A DNA stretch of 64,000 nt, taken from Prorocentrum cordatum (Eukaryota). The stretch lies in contig CAUYUJ010000259.1 of NCBI GenBank assembly GCA_963575745.1, positions 558,001 through 622,000 on the forward strand. The letters are read 5' to 3'. A program made the translations under genes and the position numbers. This document shows, in pieces, positions 63,728 to 64,000 of this stretch. Every line of letters begins with the position of its first letter. The stretch's first letter is position 1. Under the pieces are notes generated by a model. That model saw only the letters and a list, made by a program, of their open reading frames with translations. It was not told the DNA's origin and searched no databases.

Positions 63728-63806
63728 GCATATATATATATATATATGTTTATATATATGTATATATATATAGTATATGTATATATATATAGATGTATAT
63801 GTATAC
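63728..63806. repeat. (TA)n microsatellite
   Basis: Direct inspection. Confidence 0.95.
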
Positions 63807-64000
63807 TAGACTGCTTGCGGCAAGTCCAGCCACCGTGCCAGCCCAGCATTCAGGTTGGCGACGGTTCGACGGGGCACGAGAGGCCGTCACCTACGACATT
63901 TCTATTCTCCAGGCTTGACAAAACCGTAGTGAGGATTACGAGGATGATGGGGCAGATTTCGATCATGATGATGCTGCTGATGATGATGAAGATGCTGGTG

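Overview
GC-rich, repeat-dense eukaryotic DNA, almost certainly a dinoflagellate nuclear genome. The evidence is GC/GA splice donors with G after the acceptor AG, a relic spliced-leader-like 22-mer, and every recognisable gene or element lying on the + strand; a Prorocentrum-like identity is inference. Layout: (1) 1-12 kb, a decayed multi-ORF unit ending in a CACTA/Plavaka-type DDE transposase, with GGCGG-N5-CCGCC hairpins in its spacers; (2) 15.8-26 kb, two degenerate LINE-like elements; (3) 29.4-40 kb, a host gene of at least 12 exons encoding a multi-pass membrane protein fused to a TKL-type kinase; (4) 48-60 kb, a degenerate Helitron (HUH Rep + PIF1) that also carries a USP-type deubiquitinase domain and zinc-finger repeats; (5) many MITEs, mini- and microsatellites. 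Main finding: essentially every intron of the kinase gene is bounded by an inverted repeat and a short direct repeat. Three of them (30291-32436, 38056-38387, 38797-38947) have no GT/GC/GA..AG register when excised precisely at the direct repeat, yet that excision restores an intact frame and conserved kinase motifs. This suggests structure-guided non-canonical splicing (or DNA-level excision) of transposon-derived introns. All alignments were done by eye; no database searches were run.
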